Positions 19,911 to 29,932 of a stretch of 64,000 nt of DNA are shown one piece after another (within the stretch, counting starts at the first letter, position 1; the number at the start of each line of letters is the position of its first letter). The position numbers were made by a program, and so were the translations under genes. Source of the stretch: an uncultured Alphaproteobacteria bacterium (GTDB lineage: Bacteria; Pseudomonadota; Alphaproteobacteria; Rs-D84); contig CALXXV010000010.1 in the NCBI GenBank assembly GCA_944392775.1, positions 12,966 through 76,965 on the forward strand, read 5' to 3'. The notes below the pieces were generated by a model, which had not been told where the DNA came from, ran no database searches, and saw nothing but the letters and a program-made list of their open reading frames with translations.

Positions 19911-20976
19911 TTATTTGTTTCTTCCTAATAAAGCCAACATAAAATCATCTAAATCACCGTCAAGTACGGCATTAGCATCTGTTTTTTCGACGCCTGTACG
20001 AACATCTTTTACAAGTTGGTATGGATATAGAACATAATTACGAATTTGGCTGCCCCATTCGATTTTCTTTTGTGCGGCAAGAGCCGCGTTTTCTTCTTCC
20101 GCGCGTTTTTGTAGTTCTAATTCATATAATTTACTACGTAACATTTTCATAGCCATTTCTTTGTTTTGAATTTGACTGCGCTCATTCTGGCACGTAACGA
20201 CGGTATTTGTTGGTATATGTGTTATGCGTACTGCGCTATCCGTTTTATTTACGTGCTGACCGCCTGCACCTGATGAACGATAAGTGTCTATGCGCAGATC
20301 TTTTTCATTTATTTCTATTTCTATGGTATCGTCTATATCTGGCCAAACGTCAACGGATGCAAAACTAGTTTGACGCTTGCCGTTAGCATTAAAAGGAGAA
20401 ATTCGAACTAATCTGTGAACCCCAATCTCGTTTTTTAACCATCCGTATGCACGATCCCCCGAAATTCTATAAGTTATATTCTTTATTCCAGCGGTATCAC
20501 CTTCATGTTCTTCAATTACTTCACAAGAAAAATTGTGGCGCTCGGCCCATCTCGAGTACATTCGTGCTAACATTTGAGCCCAATCTTGCGCTTCTGTCCC
20601 CCCAGCACCCGCTTGAATAAACAAGAATGCGCCATTTTTATCTGCAGGTTCATTAAATAAGGTTATGAATTTTGCTTTTGCTACTTTATCTTGCAGGCTT
20701 TCTATTGCTTTTATAACATCTGGATCTTCTGGTGCTAATTCATATAATTCGTATAAATTTTTGTATTCCGATTCAATTTCTTTTATTTCATCTAAAGATT
20801 TTTCTAGACCAGCTTTTTTTTGCAATAAAACTTTTGCGTTTTCTGGGTTAGACCATAAATCAGGATTGTTTGTTTGTTCAGTAAGGATGTTTATCTCCGC
20901 AATTAATTTTTCTGGGTTAAAGGAACCCCCTTACGGCAGCAATGTCGTCAGCTATTTGTTTGAAAATTTCGTTTAA
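19911..20976 (-). CDS. prfB: peptide chain release factor 2 with programmed +1 frameshift
   Basis: Frame 0 encodes MMLLNEIFKQIADDIAAVRGFL, then stop. The slippery site is AGGGGG UUC CUU UAA C. The +1 frame continues NPEKLIAEIN... through GGQ (SGAGGQHVNKT) and the RF2-type SPF tripeptide motif. Confidence 0.85.
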
Positions 20977-21102
20977 CAGCATCATTTTATTTCATAATAT
21001 CAATTCATATTTTTAAATCAATATTTTTATAGATTTTACGTTAAATGAACCGTTGCCTTTTTTTTTACAATATGTTAAAATTTCTTTAACGAGAGGGATT
21101 TT

Positions 21103-22350
21103 ATGAAAAAAACATTCTTTACATATGGATTAGTTTCATTGTTTCTTTGTACATCAGATGCGTTTGCTGTATCTGCAGGAACCGTAAGTGCATCAGATGT
21201 TTCGCGTGGGGTTGCAATAACGACAACAACTACTACGACAGGGACTCGGGGTAATCAGGGGCTAGCAAATGCCTATAAGACTAATCAAAGAAATACTTAT
21301 TATATGGTAACTCAACCAGATGTAGATTCTGCATGTCGTGAAAAGATTTATAATTGTTTGGCAGATTATTGCGGTGATGTTACTATCGTACCTGGACAGC
21401 GGTCAAGTCGTTGTCAATATGCGACCGAAAGCGAGTTATATAATTATGCTTTATTATGTTTGCAGAAAGACACATCTATATTATTGCCACAATATAATAC
21501 GAATACCATATCAAGTTCTGGTGGACTAAATACTGCCGCAAGATTATGCCCGCCATATGTTCAACAAGAAGTTATGTCATATTTATCAATGGCTAATATG
21601 GCAGATCAATTATCAAAATCGCATTCGGATCTTTGTTTGCAACGTAGGCAAGAGTTAGAAGCTGCAATGGCCTGTTATTCAGTTGCACTTGCTTATGGAA
21701 ACGAAACTACAAGCATGCTTACAACTCAACTTACAGATGCATGTGGGGCAGGTGTCCCTGGTGGATCTGCAGAAATGGTTACTCGGTTTGCAAATGCTGG
21801 AAATGTCGGTGCAAATATTTGGGGTTGGGCCGAAAAAATTATAAATTTAGATATGAATCAGAAAGGAGAAGATTGGCAGGCAGCAGTTGATGCGGTTTTG
21901 GCTAGTTATACTAACAGAATGAATCTTGCCTGTGGTGATGATTTACAATTAAATACAGTATCTCATACTTCGTCTAGTTCTTCACAACCAACAACTCTAC
22001 AGACGGTTGCCGCATTAGCAACAGGGGTAGCATTCCCTACTACGACACAGACAGTTGAAAATCCTTATGAAAATTGGAGTATTTATATGGAGGTTCAATC
22101 AATGTCTGAATTAAATGATTATAATACGGCCTATCAAGTGATTCAGGCGGGTTTATCTAATCCTGCAACTACACAGAATGCTTTTTTAACTAGTGCGCAG
22201 ATGGATAACATGCAAACTGCATATAAGCGTGGAACAAAAGTATTTATTATTCGTGATAGTGCAAGATGCTTTTTAATACCAGTTGCATCTATGACTTCTC
22301 AAGAAACGTCTTTGATCGCGCAATTATTTGCAAATTGCATTAGTAAGTAA
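21103..22350 (+). CDS. secreted protein with Thr-rich linker and conserved Cys motif, paralog of 56671..59127
   Basis: Signal peptide MKKTFFTYGLVSLFLCTSDAFA, a TTTTTTTGT run, then DSACREKIYNCLADYCGD, which resembles ATCREAYATCMDQIC in the other gene. Confidence 0.6.
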   Translation: MKKTFFTYGLVSLFLCTSDAFAVSAGTVSASDVSRGVAITTTTTTTGTRGNQGLANAYKTNQRNTYYMVTQPDVDSACREKIYNCLADYCGDVTIVPGQRSSRCQYATESELYNYALLCLQKDTSILLPQYNTNTISSSGGLNTAARLCPPYVQQEVMSYLSMANMADQLSKSHSDLCLQRRQELEAAMACYSVALAYGNETTSMLTTQLTDACGAGVPGGSAEMVTRFANAGNVGANIWGWAEKIINLDMNQKGEDWQAAVDAVLASYTNRMNLACGDDLQLNTVSHTSSSSSQPTTLQTVAALATGVAFPTTTQTVENPYENWSIYMEVQSMSELNDYNTAYQVIQAGLSNPATTQNAFLTSAQMDNMQTAYKRGTKVFIIRDSARCFLIPVASMTSQETSLIAQLFANCISK

Positions 22351-22373
22351 CAAAGCAACAAAATAAAAATAAT

Positions 22374-22397
22374 AAAAGCGCCATAATGGCGCTTTTA
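22374..22397. terminator. bidirectional intrinsic terminator
   Basis: Hairpin aaaagcgccat-aa-tggcgctttt between convergent genes. Confidence 0.55.
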
Positions 22398-23285
22398 TTA
22401 TTCATTTTTTATAATATGTTTTGTTCCGATGTTTATCCCGAATAAATAATATCTGATTTTATTTTTAAATATCGATTTTTTTATTATAGGAAAGTTAAAT
22501 ATTTTTAACGTTTCTATTAAAATAGGCTGGTCTTCCATTTCCATAAATTCCAATGCGTTATATTTAACAAAAATGTCGCGCAAACTGTTTTCTGCATTAT
22601 AAATATCTTTCTGATTATTTCGTTGCTTTATCAATTCTTTTGATTTGCCTAAAGCAGTTTCTGTGTTTACAACATTATAAACTGCAGCAGGAACAGTTGC
22701 GATTGTTTCTGCCAAAACAACGGCTGTTTTTGTAAAAAATAAATCTTGGGCGCCAAATAATTTAGAATTAAATATTAAGTTATTCTCATTTAAAAATGAT
22801 TTTTTATATACATACCTCCATGCAGGGTTAAATTTATTTGCTTTTGTCTTTAAGATTTTATCCTTCATAGATGTACATATCTCAATAGCATTAAAAGTAG
22901 GAAAATTATATTCAGGTTGGTTAACTTCGCCACATAATATATCTGCACCTGTTAAATTTGCCGCTGCAGCCATTTTTTCAAAATAATCTAAATTTACAAA
23001 ATCGTCATGATCATGAAAATGAACATATTCACCTTTAGCTATTTTTAGACCCGCATTTGATGCAGCAGCAGGACCCGCATTGTTTTGTTTTATTATTTTT
23101 ATACGGGAATCTTTTTTTGCATAATTTTCACATTTTAATACAGAGTTATCTGTACTGCCATCGTCTACAATTATTATTTCTAAATTTTTATATGTTTGAT
23201 GAATTAAATGTTCTAAGCATTTTGATATAAATTTTTCTGCATTATACATGGGGATAATTGTTGATATAAGAATTTCGTTTTTCAT
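22398..23285 (-). CDS. family 2 glycosyltransferase
   Basis: IIPMYNAEKFI...IIVDDGSTDNS...HDHDD GT-A motifs. Confidence 0.75.
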   Translation of the reverse strand: MKNEILISTIIPMYNAEKFISKCLEHLIHQTYKNLEIIIVDDGSTDNSVLKCENYAKKDSRIKIIKQNNAGPAAASNAGLKIAKGEYVHFHDHDDFVNLDYFEKMAAAANLTGADILCGEVNQPEYNFPTFNAIEICTSMKDKILKTKANKFNPAWRYVYKKSFLNENNLIFNSKLFGAQDLFFTKTAVVLAETIATVPAAVYNVVNTETALGKSKELIKQRNNQKDIYNAENSLRDIFVKYNALEFMEMEDQPILIETLKIFNFPIIKKSIFKNKIRYYLFGINIGTKHIIKNE

Positions 23286-23396
23286 TATACGCCTTTTTTG
23301 TGATTATAAAATAAATTTTCTTCTTAGCAAGTCAAAAGGAATATATGTCCTGTTACGACTTGAACGTTTGTTAAAAATTTGATATAATTATATGAA

Positions 23397-24551
23397 ATGA
23401 AATTATCAAGAAGAACCGTTTTAAAAATAACAGGCGTAAGTACTGCAATTATAGCTTTTTTACCTAAAATTGCCTTTGCAGCACCAAATTCTTTACGCAG
23501 CATTAGAACAGGAATTCAACCTGGAAACAAAACAAGATTGGTAATAGAAACTGCACAACGACCAAGTTATTCTTTGTCTTATCCAACAAATCAATTAATA
23601 ATAACATTGTCTAATTCTACGGTAAATTCTGGTTTGATACCAAAATTAGCTGATGGAACATTGGTTAGTTCTATAAAGCAAACACAAGTTGGTGATAAAG
23701 TTCAAGTAATAGCTAATTTGACTAAACCTATAAATACAATTTCAAAAGATCAGATAATGGTATTATCCCCAAATGGTGATAATGATTATAGATTGGTTTT
23801 GGATTTTGTAGCTGGACAATCTAGAACAGCAGTTTCTGATGAAAAAAATCTTTCTAAAAAAGATTTACCGACGAAGAAATACATTATTGTAATAGATGCA
23901 GGTCATGGTGGTAAGGATCCTGGGTGTATTGGTAAAGGCGGAACCCAAGAAAAAAATGTTGTTTTATCAGTTGCTAAAAAATTAAAATCAAAATTAGATG
24001 CGTCAGGATTTCAAACATATTTAACACGTAGTAACGACACGTATTTAAAGTTAGGACAACGGGCTTCAATCGGGGAAAAGAAACATGCTGATCTATTTTT
24101 ATCTTTACATGCGAATGCAAACCCTAGCAGATCTATGAAAGGTTTTTCAATATATACACTATCTGAAAAAGCATCTGATGAAGAGGCTCAAAAACTTGCT
24201 GAGGCAGAAAATGCGGCGGATAAGATAGATGTCAGTGGATTTGAACAATTCTCGAAAGACATTCGTATTGCTTTATCTGCCTTACAACAACATGCAGTTG
24301 CAGAAATGTCTGTAGAATATGCAACAGGTTGTGCAAAACAATTTAAATCTATGAAAATCACGCAACAACCAGGGCCAGATGTAAGACACGCACCATTTGC
24401 GGTTTTACGGTCAACCGTTCCGGGCGCGCTTTTGGAGCTGGGGCATTTATCTAATGCAACGGAAGAAAAATTATTAACCAGTGCGTCACATCAAAACAAA
24501 TTAGTAGATGCAATTGTAAAATCTGTAAAAGCGTATAATTTTGACGTATAA
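23397..24551 (+). CDS. N-acetylmuramoyl-L-alanine amidase (AmiC-like, AMIN domain, Tat-type signal)
   Basis: N-terminal SRRTVLK twin-arginine-like signal. Amidase_3 motifs IVIDAGHGGKDPG and LSLHANA. Confidence 0.8.
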   Translation: MKLSRRTVLKITGVSTAIIAFLPKIAFAAPNSLRSIRTGIQPGNKTRLVIETAQRPSYSLSYPTNQLIITLSNSTVNSGLIPKLADGTLVSSIKQTQVGDKVQVIANLTKPINTISKDQIMVLSPNGDNDYRLVLDFVAGQSRTAVSDEKNLSKKDLPTKKYIIVIDAGHGGKDPGCIGKGGTQEKNVVLSVAKKLKSKLDASGFQTYLTRSNDTYLKLGQRASIGEKKHADLFLSLHANANPSRSMKGFSIYTLSEKASDEEAQKLAEAENAADKIDVSGFEQFSKDIRIALSALQQHAVAEMSVEYATGCAKQFKSMKITQQPGPDVRHAPFAVLRSTVPGALLELGHLSNATEEKLLTSASHQNKLVDAIVKSVKAYNFDV

Positions 24552-24605
24552 ATTTCTTTTTATATACTTGCAAAACATGTTCTGTCTTGTATAATAACGT
24601 TCTCT

Positions 24606-24695
24606 GGAGACGTGGCAGAGTGGTTGAATGCGCGCGACTCGAAATCGTGTATACAGGCAACTGTATCAAGGGTTCAAATCCCTTCGTCTCCGCCA
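24606..24695 (+). tRNA. tRNA-Ser (anticodon CGA)
   Basis: Cloverleaf with a long variable arm, anticodon loop CTCGAAA, T-loop TTCAAAT, encoded CCA. Confidence 0.8.
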
Positions 24696-24718
24696 GATTT
24701 ATAAAACATATAAAATTT

Positions 24719-25060
24719 ATGAAATCCTTTAACGAGCAAGTTTATGATATAGTGGCAAAAATACCAGCAGGTCGCGTTGCGACATTTGGTCAAATTGCAA
24801 ATATGATTGGTCGCCCACGTATGGCACGTTTTGTTGGTTTTGCTTCAAACAATAAAAATAGTTGGCATTTGCCTTGGCATCGTGTTGTTTTTAAAGACGG
24901 AAGTTTATGTTCTGGTTTTTTTGATGAACAGTACAAGCAATTAAAATCCGAAGGTATAAAATTTGATAAAGATAAAAAAGTAAAAATGGAGCAATTCCAA
25001 TGGGATCCAGATCGTGACGGGATTACTTTGGATATTCATGATTTCCCGTTAGTGTTTTAA
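24719..25060 (+). CDS. alkyltransferase-like protein (Atl; MGMT fold with Trp replacing the active-site Cys)
   Basis: MGMT DNA-binding domain with PWHRVV instead of PCHRV. The start is at MKSFNEQ, because the upstream ORF extension overlaps tRNA-Ser. Confidence 0.6.
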   Translation: MKSFNEQVYDIVAKIPAGRVATFGQIANMIGRPRMARFVGFASNNKNSWHLPWHRVVFKDGSLCSGFFDEQYKQLKSEGIKFDKDKKVKMEQFQWDPDRDGITLDIHDFPLVF

Positions 25061-25066
25061 TAAAAA

Positions 25067-25095
25067 AGAACGGCGAGATATCGCCGTTCTTTTTA
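25067..25095. terminator. bidirectional intrinsic terminator
   Basis: Hairpin agaacggcga-gata-tcgccgttct plus a T-run. Confidence 0.55.
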
Positions 25096-25818
25096 TTTGG
25101 TCTTTTTATCTGTTTTTTTTATTTTATTAAAAATATCTTTTGAATCCAATGATTTAAATGTTAAAAACCACGCCTTTACATCAAGGTCTTTATCAATATT
25201 TTTAATTCTTTGATTCATTGTTTCGGTTGTGCTGGGGGCAGGCACAACAACAGGTTGTCCCGCTTGCCAATTAGCGGGGGTTGAAACATGAAAATTATCT
25301 GTAGTCTGCAGAGCTATTATTGTACGTTTTATTTCATCAAAATTTCTTCCTGTCGTTAAAGGATAATAAAGTATGGTTCGTATTATTCCTTGTGGATCTA
25401 TTATAAATACAGCTCTGACAGTTTTCCCGTCAGACTCATTATTATGTATCATGCCGTATTTTTTCGCTATTTCCATATTCATATCATCTATTATAGGGAA
25501 TGTTATTTCTATATTCTTTTGCTCATCATATTCTATGTTTTTTATTGCTTCAATCCACGCAAGATGACCGGTTAGTGTCCCGATCGACAAGCCTATTATT
25601 TCTGTGTTCATGTCGCTAAATTCTGCTAACATCTTTTGAAACGTTATGAATTCGGTTGTACATACTGGTGTAAAATCTGCTGGGTGCGAGAAAAGTATTA
25701 CCCATTTCCCAGAATAATCAGAAGGGAAAGAAACCTTCCCGTTAGTTGTGTTTGCTATAAATTCGGGTGCAGGATCACCTATTAGAGGTATTTGTTTTTT
25801 TGCTTCTTGAAAATTCAT
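25093..25818 (-). CDS. peroxiredoxin (Prx6-like 1-Cys type)
   Basis: The PADFTPVCTTE peroxidatic Cys motif is conserved. The start is probably the internal MNFQEA. Confidence 0.75.
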   Translation of the reverse strand: MNFQEAKKQIPLIGDPAPEFIANTTNGKVSFPSDYSGKWVILFSHPADFTPVCTTEFITFQKMLAEFSDMNTEIIGLSIGTLTGHLAWIEAIKNIEYDEQKNIEITFPIIDDMNMEIAKKYGMIHNNESDGKTVRAVFIIDPQGIIRTILYYPLTTGRNFDEIKRTIIALQTTDNFHVSTPANWQAGQPVVVPAPSTTETMNQRIKNIDKDLDVKAWFLTFKSLDSKDIFNKIKKTDKKTK

Positions 25819-25991
25819 ATTATTGCAACATTCACACATTTTTTACTCCTTTATACATATCATATTTTTTATTATATTATTTATATGCAGGTTTTATTAA
25901 CAGGTATGCATTCTTATCGGTAAAAACTTTGTTCTTGATAAAAAGCTTAAAGATATAAATAATATACGTAAAATAAAAAAGGGAAAAATAT

Positions 25992-26270
25992 ATGAAACGT
26001 TCTGATATAGTTCGATCAATACAAGTACAATTTAAGCATATGCATACATCAGATGCGGCATCGATATTAGATTGTATTTCAGATCAGATGATAGAATCTG
26101 TTGCTGCAGGAAATAGAATAGAAGTAAGAGGATTTGGTACTTTTCAACCACGTCCAAGGGCAACAAAACTTGGTTATAACCCTTGTACAGGTCAGCCTAT
26201 GCATCTGGATGCAAGTACAACAATATTATTCAAGCCAAGTCGTGAATTAACAAAACAAATGAACGAGTAA
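25992..26270 (+). CDS. ihfB: IHF/HU family DNA-binding protein (IHF beta-like)
   Basis: RIEVRGFGTF...KPSRELT arm region typical of IHF/HU. Confidence 0.6.
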   Translation: MKRSDIVRSIQVQFKHMHTSDAASILDCISDQMIESVAAGNRIEVRGFGTFQPRPRATKLGYNPCTGQPMHLDASTTILFKPSRELTKQMNE

Positions 26271-26273
26271 GAA

Positions 26274-28016
26274 ATGTTATTTGGGAAAAAATCGGGAATT
26301 AAAAATCGTAATCGCGAACGTTACGAAAGAATTAGACGTTTAATGTGGATAAAATGCGAAGCATGTGGTCGACTTGTTTATTATAAAGATTATAAAGCAA
26401 ACCATTATATTTGTCCTAGATGCGGGCGTGCTTTTATAATGACTCCAAAGCAACGATTTGATTTGTTGTTTGATAATAATGAATGGACAAAAATCAAATT
26501 GCCGACAGTTTCTGATGATCCGTTAAATTTTGTTGACCGAATTTCTTATAAAGATCGTTTGGCAGAGGCTAGATCTGAAACCGGTTATAAAGACGCTATT
26601 ACAACTGCAGACGGTGTAATAGGCGGAATACCGGCAACAATTTGCGTCTTAAATGGTGATTTTATGCTAGGATCTATGGGGCGCGCTGCTGGTGACGGTA
26701 TTGTATCCAGCATGGAACATGCCATAGATTTAAAACAACCTTTTATAATGGTTACGTGCAGCGGGGGCGCACGTATGCAAGAAAATATATTATCTCTTAT
26801 GCAGATGGCAAGAACAACCGTTGCTGTAAATAAGTTGCACGCAAATGGCATTCCCTATATCGTATTGCTTACAGATCCTACTTTTGGAGGTGTAACGGCT
26901 TCGTTTGCTATGCTTGGGGATATTCATATAGCAGAAAAGGGCGCTAGAATTGGTTTTGCAGGCAGGAGAGTAATTGAACAAAATATACGAGAAAAATTAC
27001 CTTCTAATTTTCAAACTGCAGATTATTTATATGAACACGGAATGGTAGATCTAGTAGTGCCAAGAAATGAGCTAAAGGATAAATTAGAAAAAATACTAGC
27101 AGTTCTAACCAAACGAAAAAAAGAACCTAAAAGTATAAATGTTTCTACACCTGTTTCAGATAGCAAAAAAGTTCGTGGAATGGGAGAAAATGAAGCATAT
27201 GACAAAGTGCTTTTGGCACGTAATGAAAATAGACCACATTTCTTAGATTACGTAAACGGTATTGTTGATGACTGGACGTACCTAGCCGGGGATAGAGTAT
27301 ACGGTGAAGACCCTGCTATGTGTGGCGGAATCGGTTTTTGGCGTGGTATACCAGCCGTAATCATAGGCCAAGAAAAAGGTCGAACAATAGAAACGCGTCA
27401 ATTTCATCGATTTGGTATGCCAAATCCAGAGGGATATCGTAAAGCCCAAAGGCTAATGCGATTAGCAGAAAAATTTAAATTACCTTTGATATCATTATTT
27501 GATACGGCAGGTGCTTTTGCGGGTAGTGCTGCAGAAGAAAGGGGGCAATCACAAGCCATTGCCGCAACAATTGCGACTGGGTTAGATATAAAAACACCTT
27601 ATGTTGCAGTAAATGTCGGAGAAGGAGGCAGCGGAGGGGCTATTGCGGTCGGTACGGGTGATAGAGTTTTAATGTTAGAAAATGCTATTTATTCAGTTAT
27701 TGCCCCAGAATCTTGTGCAAGTATTTTATGGAAAGATAATAAATACAAGGCCGTCGCCGCATCGGCAATGAAACTTACAGCGAAAGACATGGCTAATTTT
27801 AACATAGTAGATCAGATTATTGATGAACCAGCAGGTGGAGCACATACAGATTGGCAAACAACGATGGAATTGCTTGCAAGCGCTGTTGCAAATCAAATAG
27901 AAGATTTACAGAAATTACCAGCCGAAGAAATGGCGCAGCATCGTGCAGAAAAGTTTATAGCTATGACGCGTGATGTAGAAATATATCAGCCAGAGCATAA
28001 AACAGAAGAACATTGA
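26274..28016 (+). CDS. accDA: acetyl-CoA carboxylase carboxyltransferase, fused beta-alpha (AccD-AccA) polypeptide
   Basis: The N-terminal half has the AccD zinc ribbon CEACGR...CPRCGR and the carboxyltransferase beta fold. The C-terminal half has AccA motifs FGMPNPEGYRKAQRLMRLAE, AEERGQSQAIA, GEGGSGGAIA and SVIAPESCASILWKD. It is a single 580-aa ORF. Confidence 0.8.
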   Translation: MLFGKKSGIKNRNRERYERIRRLMWIKCEACGRLVYYKDYKANHYICPRCGRAFIMTPKQRFDLLFDNNEWTKIKLPTVSDDPLNFVDRISYKDRLAEARSETGYKDAITTADGVIGGIPATICVLNGDFMLGSMGRAAGDGIVSSMEHAIDLKQPFIMVTCSGGARMQENILSLMQMARTTVAVNKLHANGIPYIVLLTDPTFGGVTASFAMLGDIHIAEKGARIGFAGRRVIEQNIREKLPSNFQTADYLYEHGMVDLVVPRNELKDKLEKILAVLTKRKKEPKSINVSTPVSDSKKVRGMGENEAYDKVLLARNENRPHFLDYVNGIVDDWTYLAGDRVYGEDPAMCGGIGFWRGIPAVIIGQEKGRTIETRQFHRFGMPNPEGYRKAQRLMRLAEKFKLPLISLFDTAGAFAGSAAEERGQSQAIAATIATGLDIKTPYVAVNVGEGGSGGAIAVGTGDRVLMLENAIYSVIAPESCASILWKDNKYKAVAASAMKLTAKDMANFNIVDQIIDEPAGGAHTDWQTTMELLASAVANQIEDLQKLPAEEMAQHRAEKFIAMTRDVEIYQPEHKTEEH

Positions 28017-28023
28017 AAAAAGT

Positions 28024-28056
28024 AAAAATCCCCGAAAACGGGGGATTTTTTTATTA
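28024..28056 (+). terminator. intrinsic terminator
   Basis: Hairpin aatccccg-aaaa-cgggggatt, followed by TTTTTTT. Confidence 0.6.
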
Positions 28057-28112
28057 TTTTCAGGCTTGCATTTATGAAACTGTTTTTATATAATGACAGA
28101 CGCAACCACAGC

Positions 28113-28201
28113 GGAGCGTTGGCAGAGTGGTAATGCAGCGGATTGCTAATCCGTGACCGTGTTATAGCGGTCCATAGGTTCGAGTCCTATACGCTCCGCC
28201 A
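28113..28201 (+). tRNA. tRNA-Ser (anticodon GCT)
   Basis: Cloverleaf with a long variable arm, anticodon loop TTGCTAA, T-loop TTCGAGT, encoded CCA. Confidence 0.8.
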
Positions 28202-28397
28202 GTTATCCCCAAATGTAGTTTTTATATGTTTGACACAGCGGGCTTTTTTAAATATAATATTTAATATGGTTTTATATAATTTTAATATTTGTTGTTGTTG
28301 CTGTTGTCACTAAAAATATTTTTTAGCCGTACGTGGCTTGATTTACAAAATTCCATAAAAATCAACCAAAAACAAAATTACATTGAAGAGGAAAACT

Positions 28398-29816
28398 ATG
28401 ACCGTAAAACTTTTTAATACAATGTCTAGAAGAATCGAAGAATTTAAACCACTAGTAGAGGGAAAAGTTGGTTTCTATAGCTGCGGTCCTACAGTTTATT
28501 GGGATCAGCATATCGGAAACATGCGCAGCTTTGTAAATAGTGATATATTAAAAAGAATGTTTATAGAAAATGGCTATGAAGTACGTCATGTTATGAACAT
28601 AACAGATGTCGGTCACCTTACAAGTGATGAAGATACCGGCGAAGATAAAATGGAAAAAGGTGCCAAGCGTGAAAAAATGTCGGTATGGGATATTGCTCAA
28701 AAATATATAAATTCATTTTTACGTGATATAGATTCATTGAATATAATCAGACCAACCGCGATGCCGCGTGCAACAGATTATATAAAAGAACAAATAGAGC
28801 AAGTGCAAAAATTAGAATCACTGGGATTTACATACGAAATCCCAGAAGACGGTATTTATTACGACACAAGCAAATTTCCTGATTATGGTGCGCTTGGTGG
28901 GCAAAATTTAAACGAATTACGCGGAGGAGCTCGTATTGACGATAGCGGCAAGCGTAACCCAACGGATTTTGCACTTTGGAAGTTTTCTCCAAAAGACAAA
29001 AAAAGAGCAATGGAATGGGAAAGCCCATGGGGAATTGGCTTCCCGGGTTGGCATATAGAATGTAGTGCGATGAGCATGAAATTATTAGGACCACATTTTG
29101 ATATTCATGTTGGAGGGCAAGAACATATAAAAGTTCACCATAGCGATGAAATCGCTCAAAGTGAACCAATCGTTGGTAAACCATGGGTGAACTATTGGGT
29201 TCATTATGAATGGTTGCTGTCAAAAGATGGAAAAATGTCAAAATCTTCCGGGGATTTTTTAACCGTTCAAGACCTGATTGATCGCGGATATGATCCTATG
29301 GCATTCAGATATATGTTGCTTATGGGGCATTATAGACAACCAATGGATTTTTCTTTTGAAGGCTTAGATGCAGCAGCGACAGGATATAAAAACATCATAA
29401 AAAAAGTAGCTGTTTTGTTGCAAGATAATACCACAGACACAATAGATGAAGAAGCTTTTGATAGATGGCACGACAAAATTCTTGGGGCCGTTTCAGACAA
29501 TATGAAAACTGCGGAAGCGTTGGTTTATATTCAAGAATTATTGAAATCTACTGATGTGAACGTGGCAACGAAAATAAAATTGTTTGAGTTTATTGACCGA
29601 TTGCTAGGTTTACAATTTATAGATCGTGCACACAAACTAGTTGTAATAGAAACAGAAATCGCACCCGCAGAGGTACAAGAAATGGCAGATTTGCGTGCAA
29701 AAGCAAAAAGCGACAAAAATTGGGCTTTGGCAGATGAACTGCGTACAAAAATAGATGAAGCAGGGTGGACAATAGTCGATACAAAAGATGGCGGTAAATT
29801 GGTAAAAAAAGCCTAA
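28398..29816 (+). CDS. cysS: cysteine--tRNA ligase
   Basis: Class I HIGH motif (GPTVYWDQHIGN), KMSKS, and zinc-binding Cys (YSCGPT). An SD GAGGAAAA lies before the ATG at 28398. Confidence 0.9.
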   Translation: MTVKLFNTMSRRIEEFKPLVEGKVGFYSCGPTVYWDQHIGNMRSFVNSDILKRMFIENGYEVRHVMNITDVGHLTSDEDTGEDKMEKGAKREKMSVWDIAQKYINSFLRDIDSLNIIRPTAMPRATDYIKEQIEQVQKLESLGFTYEIPEDGIYYDTSKFPDYGALGGQNLNELRGGARIDDSGKRNPTDFALWKFSPKDKKRAMEWESPWGIGFPGWHIECSAMSMKLLGPHFDIHVGGQEHIKVHHSDEIAQSEPIVGKPWVNYWVHYEWLLSKDGKMSKSSGDFLTVQDLIDRGYDPMAFRYMLLMGHYRQPMDFSFEGLDAAATGYKNIIKKVAVLLQDNTTDTIDEEAFDRWHDKILGAVSDNMKTAEALVYIQELLKSTDVNVATKIKLFEFIDRLLGLQFIDRAHKLVVIETEIAPAEVQEMADLRAKAKSDKNWALADELRTKIDEAGWTIVDTKDGGKLVKKA

Positions 29817-29840
29817 AAAAATTTGAATAACAAGAAACAA

Positions 29841-29875
29841 ATCTGCGTTTAGTACATCTAATCGCAGATTTTTAC
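29841..29875 (+). terminator. intrinsic terminator
   Basis: Hairpin atctgcg...cgcagat, followed by TTTTT. Confidence 0.5.
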
Positions 29876-29888
29876 AAAAAAGTCTTGA

Positions 29889-29925
29889 ATCTAGGGCAAA
29901 TTTGGTGTATATTGCCCCCAGCAAC
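29889..29925 (+). promoter_or_regulatory. sigma70-type promoter upstream of the DUF1013-like gene/rpoD pair
   Basis: TTGAAT, then a 17-nt spacer, then TATATT, ending about 10 nt before the SD AAGAGGA. Confidence 0.35.
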
Positions 29926-29932
29926 AAGAGGA

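Noticed and set aside
24587-24718. N-terminal extension of the 157-aa ORF upstream of the Atl-like gene.
   Set aside because: The extension is simply tRNA-Ser(CGA) read as protein. The real start is at MKSFNEQ (24719).
28291-28312. Short GTT/GCT triplet tract (ttgttgttgctgttgtc) upstream of cysS.
   Set aside because: Only about 6 imperfect units in an intergenic leader. It is too short for a meaningful microsatellite or CRISPR-like array.
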